From an uncultured Verrucomicrobiae bacterium (lineage in GTDB: Bacteria; Verrucomicrobiota; Verrucomicrobiia; Limisphaerales; Palsa-1400), in NCBI GenBank assembly GCA_963764165.1, contig CAVXRD010000001.1, forward strand, positions 1,216,001 to 1,280,000: a DNA stretch of 64,000 bases. The letters run 5' to 3'. Positions within the stretch are counted from its first letter, which is position 1. The number at the start of each line of letters is the position of its first letter. The position numbers were made by a program, and so were the translations under genes. The notes beneath the pieces are model-generated. The model was not told where the DNA came from, did not search any database, and was given only the letters and a program-made list of their open reading frames with translations. Of the stretch, positions 11,244-20,855 are shown one piece after another.

Positions 11244-11758
11244 GGGGTTGCCTGGCTGGCGTGACGCAATAGCTGGTCTTTCGCCATTTTCATTTCGTCA
11301 CGAAGGTTGGCCGCCTGCTCGAAGTCCTCCGACGCCACCGCGCGATCCAGCTTTTTCTGCAATTGCTTCAGGCGCTCGGTTAAGTCCCGCCCCTGCCGCA
11401 ATGCCGCCGGGACCTTGCCAATGTGGCGCGTGCCCTTATGCATGGACTTCAACAAGCTTTCCAAGCCTTCCGCAAACGTGTTGTAGCACTGCGAGCAGCC
11501 GAGGCGCCCGGCTTTCTTGAAATCAGCCTGGGTAAACCCGCAGCCGGCGCAGCGAACTTCCGCGCCCCCTGAGGCCGGGACGATTTCCTGGGAGGCGCCC
11601 AGCCCCAGAATCAAATCCGCCAGCGAAAAACTGGCGTCGCTATTGACCCCTTTTTCCTTGGCGCACTCTTCGCAGAGATCGACTTTTTGGACCTTGTCGT
11701 CAACGATCTGCGTTAAATGCACTTTGGCCGGGTTTTGTTTGCATAACATGCACAGCAT
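11240..11758 (-). CDS. mcsA: McsA (UvrB/UvrC motif protein)
   Basis: Four CxxC motifs, GRLGCSQCY, C-terminal EDFEQAANLRD. Confidence 0.95.
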   Translation of the reverse strand: MLCMLCKQNPAKVHLTQIVDDKVQKVDLCEECAKEKGVNSDASFSLADLILGLGASQEIVPASGGAEVRCAGCGFTQADFKKAGRLGCSQCYNTFAEGLESLLKSMHKGTRHIGKVPAALRQGRDLTERLKQLQKKLDRAVASEDFEQAANLRDEMKMAKDQLLRHASQATP

Positions 11759-11830
11759 AAAATTCTGTTAATAGTGTATCATAGATTCTCCAAAAGGGAG
11801 AATCATTTCACCCCACGTTTAGCGGCGTGT

Positions 11831-11895
11831 GGTAGGGCGAGGCTCCCGCCGAGCCATTCCCCGCGAAGACGGCTCGGCTGGAGCCTCGCCCTGCC
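11831..11895. repeat. GTAG-type REP pair
   Basis: ggtagggcgaggctcccgccgagcc ... ggctcggctggagcctcgccctgcc; related copies near 17585 and 59262-59340. Confidence 0.7.
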
Positions 11896-11949
11896 GACCT
11901 CATCTATTCACCAAACCCCGCCACCCGCCTTCCAGCACACTACCCAAAA

Positions 11950-12816
11950 TTATATCGGCTCGCCAGTTGCCTGGGTTAACTCGCGATACTGGGCCACCAG
12001 CTTCTTGGTAATCGGGCCGGGTTTCCCGCTGCCGATCACGCGGCCGTCAATTTTCACCACGGCGATGATTTCCGCGCCGGTGCCAGTCAAAAAGACCTCG
12101 TCGGCGTTAAAGAAATCGTGGCGGGTCAAATTCGGCTCGGTGACTTCAATGCCGTCTTTGCGCGCCAACTCGATGACGGTGTTGCGCGTGATTCCATAAA
12201 GCGCGCCCGCCGAAAGCGGCGGCGTGAAGAGCCGCCCGTCTTTGAGCAGGAAAATATTATCGCCCGTGCATTCGGCGACAAAGCCTTCGGCGTTGAGCAT
12301 GATGGCTTCTTCGCAGCCGCCGTTGATGGCTTCGATCTTGGCCAGGATGTTGTTGAGATAATTGAGCGACTTGATCGCCGGATTCAACGCGCTGTGCAAA
12401 TTGCGCGTGGTCGGAACGGTAATGACGTCCAATCCGCGCTCGTATAATTCCACCGGGTAAAGCTGGATTTTGTCGGCGATGATGATGACGGAGGCCTTCG
12501 GGCACTTGTAAGGATTAAGCCCCAAATTACCCGGCCCGCGCGTGACGACCAGGCGGATGTAGCCGTTTTTGATTTTGTTCTTCCGGCACGTCTCGACCGT
12601 GGCCCGGATCATCTCCTCCTTTGCCAGCGGGATGTTGAGCAAAATGGATTTGGCGGAGCAAAACAGGCGGTCAATGTGTTCGGCCAGCTTGAATACGCGG
12701 CCATTGTAGGCGCGAATCCCCTCGAAAATGCCGTCCCCGTACAATAAACCATGGTCGAACACCGAAACCTTGGCGTTCTTCTCGTCGTAGTATTTGCCGT
12801 CGATATAGATCTTCAT
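11950..12816 (-). CDS. ilvE: Branched-chain amino acid aminotransferase
   Basis: MKIYIDG...VSVFDHGLLYGDGIFEGIRAY...KSLNYLNNILAK...ECTGDNIF. Confidence 0.95.
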   Translation of the reverse strand: MKIYIDGKYYDEKNAKVSVFDHGLLYGDGIFEGIRAYNGRVFKLAEHIDRLFCSAKSILLNIPLAKEEMIRATVETCRKNKIKNGYIRLVVTRGPGNLGLNPYKCPKASVIIIADKIQLYPVELYERGLDVITVPTTRNLHSALNPAIKSLNYLNNILAKIEAINGGCEEAIMLNAEGFVAECTGDNIFLLKDGRLFTPPLSAGALYGITRNTVIELARKDGIEVTEPNLTRHDFFNADEVFLTGTGAEIIAVVKIDGRVIGSGKPGPITKKLVAQYRELTQATGEPI

Positions 12817-12976
12817 TGCCGTCTTGCCTTGAGCGAAAACTAATGCCACGCCCGGCGAGATGGAAGCAAAATCAAGACGGGGGAAATTACGGGTCTCGGC
12901 GGAACGTTTCGGAAGCAGGCTTATGCGGCCTATAAGACCTATGCGACTTATAGGCCCAATACGTTTGATTTTGTTC

Positions 12977-13435
12977 TCACGAAACAATTCTCCTTGCCGT
13001 CAAAAAGCGGATCACGCTTTCGCGCGGAATCCGGTAGTGCGTTTTGCCGCCGACATCCTCAAGCGCGCCCGCCGCGACCAGCCGGTAGATATGATCGGGG
13101 TCCCCGCGCCAGAGGCGGGCAAGCTGCGGGGCGCGAAAGGAGTAATGCGTTGGCGGCACGGCGCGCTCCAAAAACGCGGCCACATCGCTCTCGGGCTCTC
13201 GCCCATGCATTAGCGAAACTACAGTGCTTGCCGCCAGCCGCACACAGAGACGCGATGCTCCAGGGCTCCCAATGTTGAACGCCAGCGGCAGCCGGCCTTC
13301 CTGGATGCGAATATAAATTTCCCTCTCCGTACACTCCAGCAGTACAGCCGCCTGCCAGGCGGAGACGAAGGGGGATTTGGCTTGAAAGCCGCGGCCAGCG
13401 GCCGTTTCCAGAGGTTCTTTTAAAAGTGTGCTCAT
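12977..13435 (-). CDS. Phage-type protein with two excisionase/MerR-like winged-HTH domains
   Basis: VSAWQAAVLLECTEREIYIRIQEGRL and FRAPQLARLWRGDPDHIYRLVAAGAL...YRIPRESVIRFL; divergent from an XRE gene. Confidence 0.7.
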   Translation of the reverse strand: MSTLLKEPLETAAGRGFQAKSPFVSAWQAAVLLECTEREIYIRIQEGRLPLAFNIGSPGASRLCVRLAASTVVSLMHGREPESDVAAFLERAVPPTHYSFRAPQLARLWRGDPDHIYRLVAAGALEDVGGKTHYRIPRESVIRFLTARRIVS

Positions 13436-13452
13436 CGTTGAATAATGAATTA

Positions 13453-13499
13453 CCACAAAACAGTGTAATTATCAATATTTATTTCACACTTTTTTGTGG
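13453..13499. promoter_or_regulatory. Inverted 14-bp operator-like pair in AT-rich divergent promoter region
   Basis: ccacaaaacagtgt (13453-13466) and acacttttttgtgg (13486-13499), one mismatch, 19-bp spacer. Confidence 0.6.
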
Positions 13500-13511
13500 G
13501 ACGTGTAGGAT

Positions 13512-14375
13512 ATGCGCATGCCTAAAAAAAGCGGATTGGCCACCCAGCGAGAAATCGAGATCGGCCGCCGCGTGCAGCAAGCGCGCGAATACATCAACTG
13601 GCCCCAGCCTGCCTTCGCCGCTGAACTCGAGATTTCCCGCGACCGGCTGGCGAGCTTCGAGTATGGCCGCACGCCCCTGCGCTATGCCGTCGGCTACAGG
13701 CTGTGCTGCATATTTGATATCAATCCCGACTGGCTGGCCAACGGCGTTGGCGAAATGAAGTCGGGCCAGGTTCTGCCCAACCTGCCGCTGCCGGAAAATT
13801 TTCCAGCCAAGGCGATGTACAGCAAAATCTACGACCAATCCAAGGCGCACGGCGAAAAGAAGAAGGCGCCCAAGCCGGAGCGCTCGCCCGCCGAGGATCT
13901 CATTCCTGATTTTGACGCCACCACTTACATCGTGCGCGGATTGACTGACCTGCTCTCGAAGGAAAAATTCCGCTCGCCCCTCGAGCGCCAGGAATTCGCT
14001 TTGGAAATAACCAGTTACGCGCGCGACCTCGCGCTGCGGCTGCGCCGGGACAAGACAAAGGATCGCGCCTGGGCTGTCAGCGGCCGCCGCGGCGGCGCCA
14101 AACCCGCCGACCTCGCTGGCATTCCGACTCGCAACGCCAAAACGATCACCCAGCTTCGCGACGGCGTGAAACGCCTGGAAGGGGAAGTCGGCAAGCTGGA
14201 TTCCCTCATGAAGTCGCTGAATCCCATCGCTCTCGACCCCGCCCGCCTGCCGCGCCCCGACGCGCTGGAAGTTGTGCGCTTGGAGGAGGCGATAGAAAAA
14301 ATCGCGCGTCAAATAGAAGAAGCCGAGCGCAAAATCAAGGTGCTGATGAGCAAGCGCGACGTCGCGGCGGCGTGA
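13512..14375 (+). CDS. XRE/cI-like HTH transcriptional regulator with C-terminal coiled coil
   Basis: IGRRVQQARE...QPAFAAELEISRDRLASFEYGRT...FDINPDWLANGVGEM is a phage-repressor-type N-terminus. Confidence 0.85.
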   Translation: MRMPKKSGLATQREIEIGRRVQQAREYINWPQPAFAAELEISRDRLASFEYGRTPLRYAVGYRLCCIFDINPDWLANGVGEMKSGQVLPNLPLPENFPAKAMYSKIYDQSKAHGEKKKAPKPERSPAEDLIPDFDATTYIVRGLTDLLSKEKFRSPLERQEFALEITSYARDLALRLRRDKTKDRAWAVSGRRGGAKPADLAGIPTRNAKTITQLRDGVKRLEGEVGKLDSLMKSLNPIALDPARLPRPDALEVVRLEEAIEKIARQIEEAERKIKVLMSKRDVAAA

Positions 14376-14394
14376 CTAAATTCTGGGTTTCATA

Positions 14395-14491
14395 GCAGGG
14401 ACGCCTCGCCGAGGCGTCCGGGGACTTTCGCAAGTTCGGACGCGTTCGAATAAGGCCACGGCTTCGGACGCCTCGGCGAGGCGTCCCTGCC
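14395..14491. repeat. REP pair (GTAGGGACGCCTCGCCGAGGCGTCC family)
   Basis: gcagggacgcctcgccgaggcgtcc ... ggacgcctcggcgaggcgtccctgcc; also at 24672/26438, 37330-37575, 38437 (partial), 42389-42491. Confidence 0.85.
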
Positions 14492-14495
14492 TTAT

Positions 14496-15395
14496 TCACT
14501 TCCCCGCTTCCCAACGAATCGCGTTTTTCACAATCTTCAGCGGGATTTCCTCTTTGAAGATGGGGTAGGTTTCGTGGCCGGGGCGGAAGTAAAAGACTTT
14601 TCCTTTCCCCACCGTCCACGCGCAGCCGCTCGTGAACGTGTCACCCGTGTCCCATGTCTCCTGGTAAATCATCGCGTCCGGGCGCGGCACATGGAAATGA
14701 CCGCCGTAGATTTCCGTTTGCGGAACATCAAAGGCCGCCGGAATGCCCGCCGCGATGGGATGATTTGGCAGCATCGTGTGGACGTGGCCGGGCTTGCCCG
14801 CGTTGTTCACGACCGGGAAAATGCAGCCCGGCAATTTGACTTCCAGGGTGTCCGCACCATCGTCGGCTTTGAAATGGCGGAAGGACGGCGTCGCCGGGCC
14901 GTCCTTGGGCGGCAGTTTTGGCACGGCGGGAATTTTGACAATCTTGACCGTTGCGCGCTCCGACTCGGGAATCGATTGCAGCGCGTCCTGCACCGAGCGT
15001 TCATCCATCGCCGCAATGAATGGCTTGGACCAATGCGCTGAGTGCAGCGCAATCAACGAAAGTTTTCCTTCCTTGAGCCGCTTGATGATGGCGTCGACGT
15101 GTTCATCTTTCACTTCGGCGTGCTTTTGGTGCCCCCACCAGATTAGAACGTCGCAATGATCGAGCCATTCGTCCGTGATGCCCTGGTCCGGGTCATTCAG
15201 TCCGACCGACTTGACGGTGAAGTCCTTTTCCTCGCTCAATTCGGCGGCCAGCGTATCGCCGAGAAAACCACCGTAGGCGGATTTCTGGGCAAGCTGCCGC
15301 TCATCCCAAACGACGACGCGAATGGGCGCGGCGATGGCCGCCACGCACGTAAAAGCCAGCAGGAGAAGTGCAGAGAGAATTTGTTTCACACCCAT
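14496..15395 (-). CDS. ThuA-like (trehalose utilisation) domain secreted protein
   Basis: DVLIWWGH..H, LIALHSAHWSK, GKGKVFYFRPGHETYPIF; signal peptide. Confidence 0.88.
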   Translation of the reverse strand: MGVKQILSALLLLAFTCVAAIAAPIRVVVWDERQLAQKSAYGGFLGDTLAAELSEEKDFTVKSVGLNDPDQGITDEWLDHCDVLIWWGHQKHAEVKDEHVDAIIKRLKEGKLSLIALHSAHWSKPFIAAMDERSVQDALQSIPESERATVKIVKIPAVPKLPPKDGPATPSFRHFKADDGADTLEVKLPGCIFPVVNNAGKPGHVHTMLPNHPIAAGIPAAFDVPQTEIYGGHFHVPRPDAMIYQETWDTGDTFTSGCAWTVGKGKVFYFRPGHETYPIFKEEIPLKIVKNAIRWEAGK

Positions 15396-15622
15396 TGGAT
15401 AGAAGCGCACGGCTCGTGAGTCAATCGGAAAGGGGGTGATAATATTTGGGCGGACACACAGGCCCGCCCTACCAAATTGAGGTAGGGCGGCGCTGCGTCG
15501 CCGCCCAAATATTATTGAGAGTCTCGCGCTGCCAAAAATCGGTATCCTAATATAAATTCTTCAATTAGTTCACTTTTTCAATTGACGCATTGAGTTTCTT
15601 AATACATAAATTGACTTATCAA

Positions 15623-16003
15623 ATGAAGAAATCGCAGACATCCGGCAAGAAGCTGATTACGCGCTGCCCTTTTTGCGGCGACGAATTGGCCATTGCCCGG
15701 CTTTCGTGCTGCGGCTGCCAGACGCAGATTGATTCGCAGTTGGAGATACCGCTTTTCTTCCGCCTGCCGCCGGACTTGCAGGAATTCGTGCTCGTCTTCC
15801 TCCGGTGCCAGGGAAAAATTGTTGACGTGGAAAAAGAACTGGGAATCTCCTATCCGACCGTCTGCAAGCGCCTCGATCTTGTCAACGAATTGCTTGGGAA
15901 CCAGGGGCCGCCGGTCAATCGCTCCCAGATTTTGGAGAAGCTGGAGCGTGGCGAAATCAACGTCCAGGAAGCGACTCAACTTCTAAAAGAAAGGTCCGCA
16001 TAA
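15623..16003 (+). CDS. DUF2089-family protein (Zn ribbon + HTH)
   Basis: CPFCG...L.C..C.T.I...EKELGISYPTV..RL...ILEKLERGEI. Confidence 0.85.
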   Translation: MKKSQTSGKKLITRCPFCGDELAIARLSCCGCQTQIDSQLEIPLFFRLPPDLQEFVLVFLRCQGKIVDVEKELGISYPTVCKRLDLVNELLGNQGPPVNRSQILEKLERGEINVQEATQLLKERSA

Positions 16004-17118
16004 TGAATATTCTAGGAATCATATTAGGCGTGGTTTTAGGCTGTGCTGTTCTGTTTGGATTAACATTCGGGGTGCGGCGTTATCTTGGCGTCGGTTGGGG
16101 CCGGGCCTCGGTCTTTCTGGTGGCGGCCATCGCCGCCGGAATTTTTGGCGGCTTTATCAGGGCGCACGAACCGGCGGCGCTGACGCCCCTGGAGCGGTGG
16201 GATAATTCAAATGAGAGCCGGGGGATGGCCTACGGCTGCGCAGGCCTGCTGACATCCATCTTGCTGCTCTTCGCCATCAAGCTCTATTCAAAGTGGATTG
16301 CCGGCACGACAAACGAACTGGAGAAGCGCGAGAATCTCGACGGCATTCGCGCCTGGCTGGGCGCGGCCAATGTATCCACCGTTGCCATTCTCGCGATTCT
16401 AGCGTGGCTGGCCTTTGACTATCCGCCTCTGGGCATCGGGCTGCTCGGATTGCTGGTCCTGCTGATATATCCTGGCATTAGATCCGCCTCGGCCCATGCC
16501 CGCGCCCAGGCGCCCGCGCCCGCCGCGGATCCCAATGCTCCGGAACGCCAGCGCGTGCTTAACATGCTTGACAACGGCAAGATCACGGCGGCCGAATGCG
16601 CCGAACTGCTGGCCGCGCTCAATTACTCGGAGAAAACGCAGTCAATCAAACAATCTCCCGCTTCCTCCCAGCCGCCCGGCTGGCTGCCGCTGGTCGGCGC
16701 GGCCGTATTGCTGATAGGGTTTTTCCTGCCGTGGTTTACGGTGAGGCCGGCCAGGGAATTCTCACAGACCTTGCAGCGTCTTGCGCCGCTTAATTCACCT
16801 TTCATCCAAAACTTCGACAGCGCAACCACGGTGCATATAGCCGGAGGCGACGTCTCGCACGGTCTGGGCTGGCTCGTTCTAGCGCTCGGCGTGGCAGTCG
16901 CTGCCTTCCCTTATTTTGCGGGCAATCTTAGCCCGACCATACGCCAGCGATGCATCCTGGCGGGATTGGGAGTTGGACTCTTTGTGCTGTTATACCTGGC
17001 GACCAACAACCTGCGCTTTGTGAGCGCAGGCTTATTGCTGGCAACCGCCGGCTACCTATTGCAGTTAGCCAGCGTCTTGCGCGGCGGGCAGTACCTGCCC
17101 GCAGTACCGGCAGCTTGA
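16003..17118 (+). CDS. Multi-pass membrane protein with SHOCT-like domain
   Basis: Many hydrophobic helices; ERQRVLNMLDNGKITAAECAELLAAL; translationally coupled to the DUF2089 gene. Confidence 0.75.
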   Translation: MNILGIILGVVLGCAVLFGLTFGVRRYLGVGWGRASVFLVAAIAAGIFGGFIRAHEPAALTPLERWDNSNESRGMAYGCAGLLTSILLLFAIKLYSKWIAGTTNELEKRENLDGIRAWLGAANVSTVAILAILAWLAFDYPPLGIGLLGLLVLLIYPGIRSASAHARAQAPAPAADPNAPERQRVLNMLDNGKITAAECAELLAALNYSEKTQSIKQSPASSQPPGWLPLVGAAVLLIGFFLPWFTVRPAREFSQTLQRLAPLNSPFIQNFDSATTVHIAGGDVSHGLGWLVLALGVAVAAFPYFAGNLSPTIRQRCILAGLGVGLFVLLYLATNNLRFVSAGLLLATAGYLLQLASVLRGGQYLPAVPAA

Positions 17119-17121
17119 CTA

Positions 17122-17484
17122 TCAGAGGCGCGACTTGCCAGCGGCTTTAGCTTTGGCCCAGCGGGCTTTGGCGGCAGCGGCGAGTTTGGCGCGAACGGCG
17201 GGACTGCGACGGCCATCTCTTTTCTTCGCAACGGGGGCTTCAGCGGCGGCAGGTTTGCCGGCCTTTACCTTGGCCCAACGGGCGCGAGCCGCGGCGGCAA
17301 TGCGCGCGCGAGCGGATGCGGACATGGTTCGCTTTCCAGTCTTAGCCGGAGCAACCGATGCGGGTGCGCTGGCGGGTGAGCCGGTAGCAATGGCTTCCAT
17401 TTCGCTTTCCAGCGATTCGATCTGCTGTCTGATAGCAATAATTCGGTTAAGCTGACTGGTGCTGAGTTCTGTAATTTTCATCAT
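17122..17484 (-). CDS. Small basic Ala/Lys/Arg-rich putative nucleoid-associated protein
   Basis: N-terminal coiled coil plus two repeats of the type MSASARARIAAAARARWAKVK. Confidence 0.75.
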   Translation of the reverse strand: MMKITELSTSQLNRIIAIRQQIESLESEMEAIATGSPASAPASVAPAKTGKRTMSASARARIAAAARARWAKVKAGKPAAAEAPVAKKRDGRRSPAVRAKLAAAAKARWAKAKAAGKSRL

Positions 17485-17801
17485 GTGACGGCAATGTTGC
17501 ATTGAAAGCAGACAGTAGTCAACTACCTAAATCATTTTTTCTACTACTGCGGCCATTTTTCCTCAGTTTGACGAATATCTCCCCGGTAGGGCGAGACTCC
17601 GTCGAGCCGTGACATTGAACCAGCATCCCGGCAGGGATGCGAGCTTGCAGCCGGTGGTTGACCGAAGCGATACCACCGGAAAAACGCCCAATAGCTCCCG
17701 CCCATGCTGAAAGAATGCCAGCATGAATTGTCATACCCTCACGCGGCGGGCGTGACACAGAATTCTTCTGGCGGCCTTTTCATTAACACCCCGCTTCAGC
17801 G

Positions 17802-19324
17802 CTTGTCATTACCCATAAGTTCAACGGGCGTTTATTAGTTCAACTCCTTCTGCCATCCACATGAGCCGCTGCCAACCACGCCAGATGTTTTGCCAGCCCG
17901 GCTCTCCGTCGCTGCGGCGGCCGATGAATCCCCCCAGCCGCGCGACGGCTCGCAATAGCTCTCGATAGGTCCAGCATCCCGGCTTGGGCGCACCAAACCG
18001 TTTCTCCAGCAGCTTGATGGCCGCCGTCCCAAATGACTTCTCCTCCACCGGTTCATCGGGCTGTGCGCGCGCCAGCAATTTGAGGTTGAGCAAACGCACG
18101 GCCACCACCGCCAGAACCGCCACTAACGACTCGATGCGATTCTGCTTCTCCATTTGACTGGCCTCCGCGCCCGCTCCGCTCTTGAGGGCTTTGTGATATT
18201 CCTCGACCCACCACCGGGCGCAGTAGCGCCCAACGATTCTTTGGATTTCCGACCAGCGCTCACAAGGCAAGGAGGTCAGCAAAACCCAATGCAGCCCCTC
18301 TACTCCCTCCGGCGGCGCTGCTTCCCGCACCTCGATCGCATGGACGGTCAAACTTTCCATTCTCTGCCCGCCCCGGTAGGGCCCCTGCAAGGTGACCTTT
18401 AAGCAACGCCCCTCGACCACCGCCGTGCGCGCCGCCCTTCCAGGTCTGGCTCGCAGTTCCACCGCCATGCGTCCGCGGACGGATCCTTGCGCCAGCTTTT
18501 CCAAATAATGCTCGGGGCTTCCAGCCAGACGGCGGTCATGAAAGGCCCGAATGACAAAATCAACCCCCGCCATCAAGCAACGCTGGACCGGCTCATAAAA
18601 GTCCGCTTCCCGATCGGCCAGGTAGATCCATCGGCAGTCCGCACTGCGGGCCGGGGGAATTTCCCGCAGCACGCTGGCCCACCGGTCTGACTCGCGCTGG
18701 CGGTCCTGCGTCTGCCGCCGGGTCAGGTCCCGGTGGCGATACAATTGTTGACGGTTCCAGCACTGCTGATCCAGCAATCCGATGGCCACGCCCTCGGGCC
18801 GCTGATTCAAGTCCCAGCCTTCCACGCGCACCGCCAGAGTGGTGTGCAGAAAAAAGCCTCGCCCATCCTGGCTGGTCAGGCCCATGTCCTCGCAGCAACG
18901 CCCTGTAAAATCCAATGGGGTCGTGTCCTCCACTAGCAAATACTCTCCGGGGCGGCAGCATTCCTGGCGCACGCGCTGGCGATGGGGACTCTGGATTTGT
19001 TCAAAGCCGTTGCGCGGATCGGCGAAAAACCGATACGCGCCTTTTAAATCGGCCCACTCTGGAAAGGCCTGAGGCAGCGTGCCGCCAGGGTGGGCGGCTA
19101 GATGATCACCAATACTCACCAGGCGCTTAGAGTAGCGGGCATCGTGAAGGGGCGCACCTGCAAATTCCAGTTGCGCCCACTGTGCGGACGGAAGCAAATG
19201 TGTATGCATAAGCTGCCACCGTACAGAAATCTACTTGACGTACAAGCCCTAAGTCGTTGTTTGCGAAGGAATTAGAAATTAGACAACCTAATACATGCTC
19301 GCTTTACTTGTGGGTAATGACAAG
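17802..19324 (-). mobile_element. IS4-family (IS50-like) insertion sequence
   Basis: IRs cttgtcattacccataagt / acttgtgggtaatgacaag; 10-bp TSD cgcttcagcg at 17792-17801 and 19325-19334. Confidence 0.92.
17821..19209 (-). CDS. IS4-family transposase
   Basis: WAQLEF, EDTT, ADREADFYE, YCARWWVEEYHKALKSG, ARLGGFIGRRSDGEPG. Confidence 0.95.
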   Translation of the reverse strand: MHTHLLPSAQWAQLEFAGAPLHDARYSKRLVSIGDHLAAHPGGTLPQAFPEWADLKGAYRFFADPRNGFEQIQSPHRQRVRQECCRPGEYLLVEDTTPLDFTGRCCEDMGLTSQDGRGFFLHTTLAVRVEGWDLNQRPEGVAIGLLDQQCWNRQQLYRHRDLTRRQTQDRQRESDRWASVLREIPPARSADCRWIYLADREADFYEPVQRCLMAGVDFVIRAFHDRRLAGSPEHYLEKLAQGSVRGRMAVELRARPGRAARTAVVEGRCLKVTLQGPYRGGQRMESLTVHAIEVREAAPPEGVEGLHWVLLTSLPCERWSEIQRIVGRYCARWWVEEYHKALKSGAGAEASQMEKQNRIESLVAVLAVVAVRLLNLKLLARAQPDEPVEEKSFGTAAIKLLEKRFGAPKPGCWTYRELLRAVARLGGFIGRRSDGEPGWQNIWRGWQRLMWMAEGVELINAR

Positions 19325-19700
19325 CGCTTCAGCGGGGTGGTGGTCCAAGGCTGAGGAGAGAGAAACCGTTTTAACGGTTTCTAACGCCGCAAGAGGACAT
19401 ACTCGGATGAGGTAAAATGGCTGGCGGAGCGCTACGGGTCGAATTGGCGCGATGACAAAACCGTTGAAACGGTTTTTGCGGTTCAGGCCGCGCCCACACC
19501 CCGCTGAAGCGGGGTGTTAATGAACGGAACGATGAGCGCAATTTGCGCCTGTATATAAATTCATCCCGCTACTGTGGGGGGAAATTAACGTTTGGAAGAA
19601 TGTTGTTTCACACCCTCACGCGGCTTTCATCCCTGCCGGGGTGAGTCATTATTATCGCGAAAACCGCCCTACCGTGCCTGTTTTTGAAAAAAAAAGTGAA

Positions 19701-19758
19701 AAAATCGTGCTAAAAAACCTCTGGTAGGTTTTCTGTCCCGCCGCGGAAGTGCAAAAGT
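19701..19758 (+). promoter_or_regulatory. Conserved dyad motif AAAACCT-CTGGT-AGGTTTT with downstream extended -10-like element (copy 1)
   Basis: aaaatcgtgctaaaaaacctctggtaggttttctgt is identical to the reverse complement at 55977-56012 and near-identical to 32715-32748. Confidence 0.8.
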
Positions 19759-19938
19759 AGGCCCGATGAGTAACAAAACACTCATAAATGCGTCGCGGCG
19801 CCATGCCGAAGCTTGCCTCCGCGAAAGCGGCATGGCGGGAGCAGCCAGCCAAAAATGGGTGAGAAGCGCCAATGAACTAATTGAAGCGCAAAGTGCGTCC
19901 GCGGAATATGCCGGAGGCATCACAACGATAAGAATGAC

Positions 19939-20080
19939 CCATCCTGGCAGGGATGGCAGCCGCGGGGTGCTTCGGATGTTCTGCTGGCATCCTTTCAGGA
20001 TGCTGGGGTTATTGGACGTTTTTCCGGTGGTATCGCTTCGCTCAACCACCGGCTGCAAGCCTGCATCCCTGCCGGGATGC
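19939..20080. repeat. Dispersed palindromic repeat (GCATCCCGGCAGGGATGC / CCGGTGG..CCACCGG family)
   Basis: Related copies at about 17622-17725 and 40962-41150. Confidence 0.75.
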
Positions 20081-20190
20081 GGCCACCGCATTCAACAGAC
20101 AGGCTCATTGGCAGCCTTCAGCCTAGAATTGGCGAAAAGCGCCCATGACCATTTTCAACCAAAAACTAATCAAACCAAGGATTAACACTT

Positions 20191-20784
20191 ATGACTCGTG
20201 TAGGAAAAATTGCCCGTTTGCCCAAAGACATCCGCGATGTCGTCAATAAAAGACTTCTGGATGGCCACCCCGCTGCCGAAATCATCGCATGGCTCAATGA
20301 ACAGCCTGCCGTCAAAACGGTGCTGGAAGAGGAATTTGATGGCGAAGCCATTAGCCCAAAAAATGTAAGCAACTGGAAAAATGGCGGCTATCATGATTGG
20401 AGAGAGGAAATCGAAGCCCTTTCCTCGCGCAGCGGCGGCATCGCCTCCTTCATCAACAGGGTCAGTGCCGTCAAACTCATCGCCAAGTCAGAGCTGCCGG
20501 AGGATATTTCCCTATTTCTAGCCGCAACGCTGGCTGTTGAGTGCGAGCAGCTTGATTATATAGCCGACGAAGAAGAACGGATGAAGGCGCTGGGCGCGCT
20601 GCTTGACGCTTATGCCCAATTGCGCGGGGCTGACTTGAATGGAAGCAAATATAATCTGGAACGCCAGAAGCTGGAAGACCTCAAGCAAGCAGCCGAGCGC
20701 CGCCTCAAAGAGCAAGCCCCCAAACAGCCCATGAACCCAAATGAAAAGCAAGTGCGCATCCGTCAAATACTGGGGACGGAATAA
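20191..20784 (+). CDS. DUF3486 / Mu gp27-like protein (putative small terminase-like)
   Basis: N-terminus GKIARLPKDIRDVVNKRLLDG...EIIAWLNE...ISPKNVSNW resembles DUF3486 proteins of Mu-like phages; helical C-terminus. Confidence 0.65.
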   Translation: MTRVGKIARLPKDIRDVVNKRLLDGHPAAEIIAWLNEQPAVKTVLEEEFDGEAISPKNVSNWKNGGYHDWREEIEALSSRSGGIASFINRVSAVKLIAKSELPEDISLFLAATLAVECEQLDYIADEEERMKALGALLDAYAQLRGADLNGSKYNLERQKLEDLKQAAERRLKEQAPKQPMNPNEKQVRIRQILGTE

Positions 20785-20855
20785 GGCAAGAGCTATGTCA
20801 CCAATTCCCGGCAAATGTCACCAAATGTCAGCAAATGTAACCTGATTTTTGAAAA

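Larger units (their letters stand above)
17748..19615. mobile_element. MITE (GGG...CCC ends, 9-bp TSD) carrying a REP pair interrupted by an IS4 element
   Basis: Ends gggcgtgacacagaattctt / aagaatgttgtttcacaccc; direct repeat tcacgcggc at 17739-17747 and 19616-19624. Confidence 0.75.

Noticed and set aside
12925..12960. Short 9-nt-period repeats (also near 32206 and 56168) and purine-rich inverted repeats (near 1018, 22597, 31300)
   Set aside because: Look like generic intergenic repeats of this genome; no specific function can be supported.
19714..19758. Sigma-54 promoter interpretation of the shared motif
   Set aside because: GG-to-GC spacing is about 22 nt rather than the required 10 nt.
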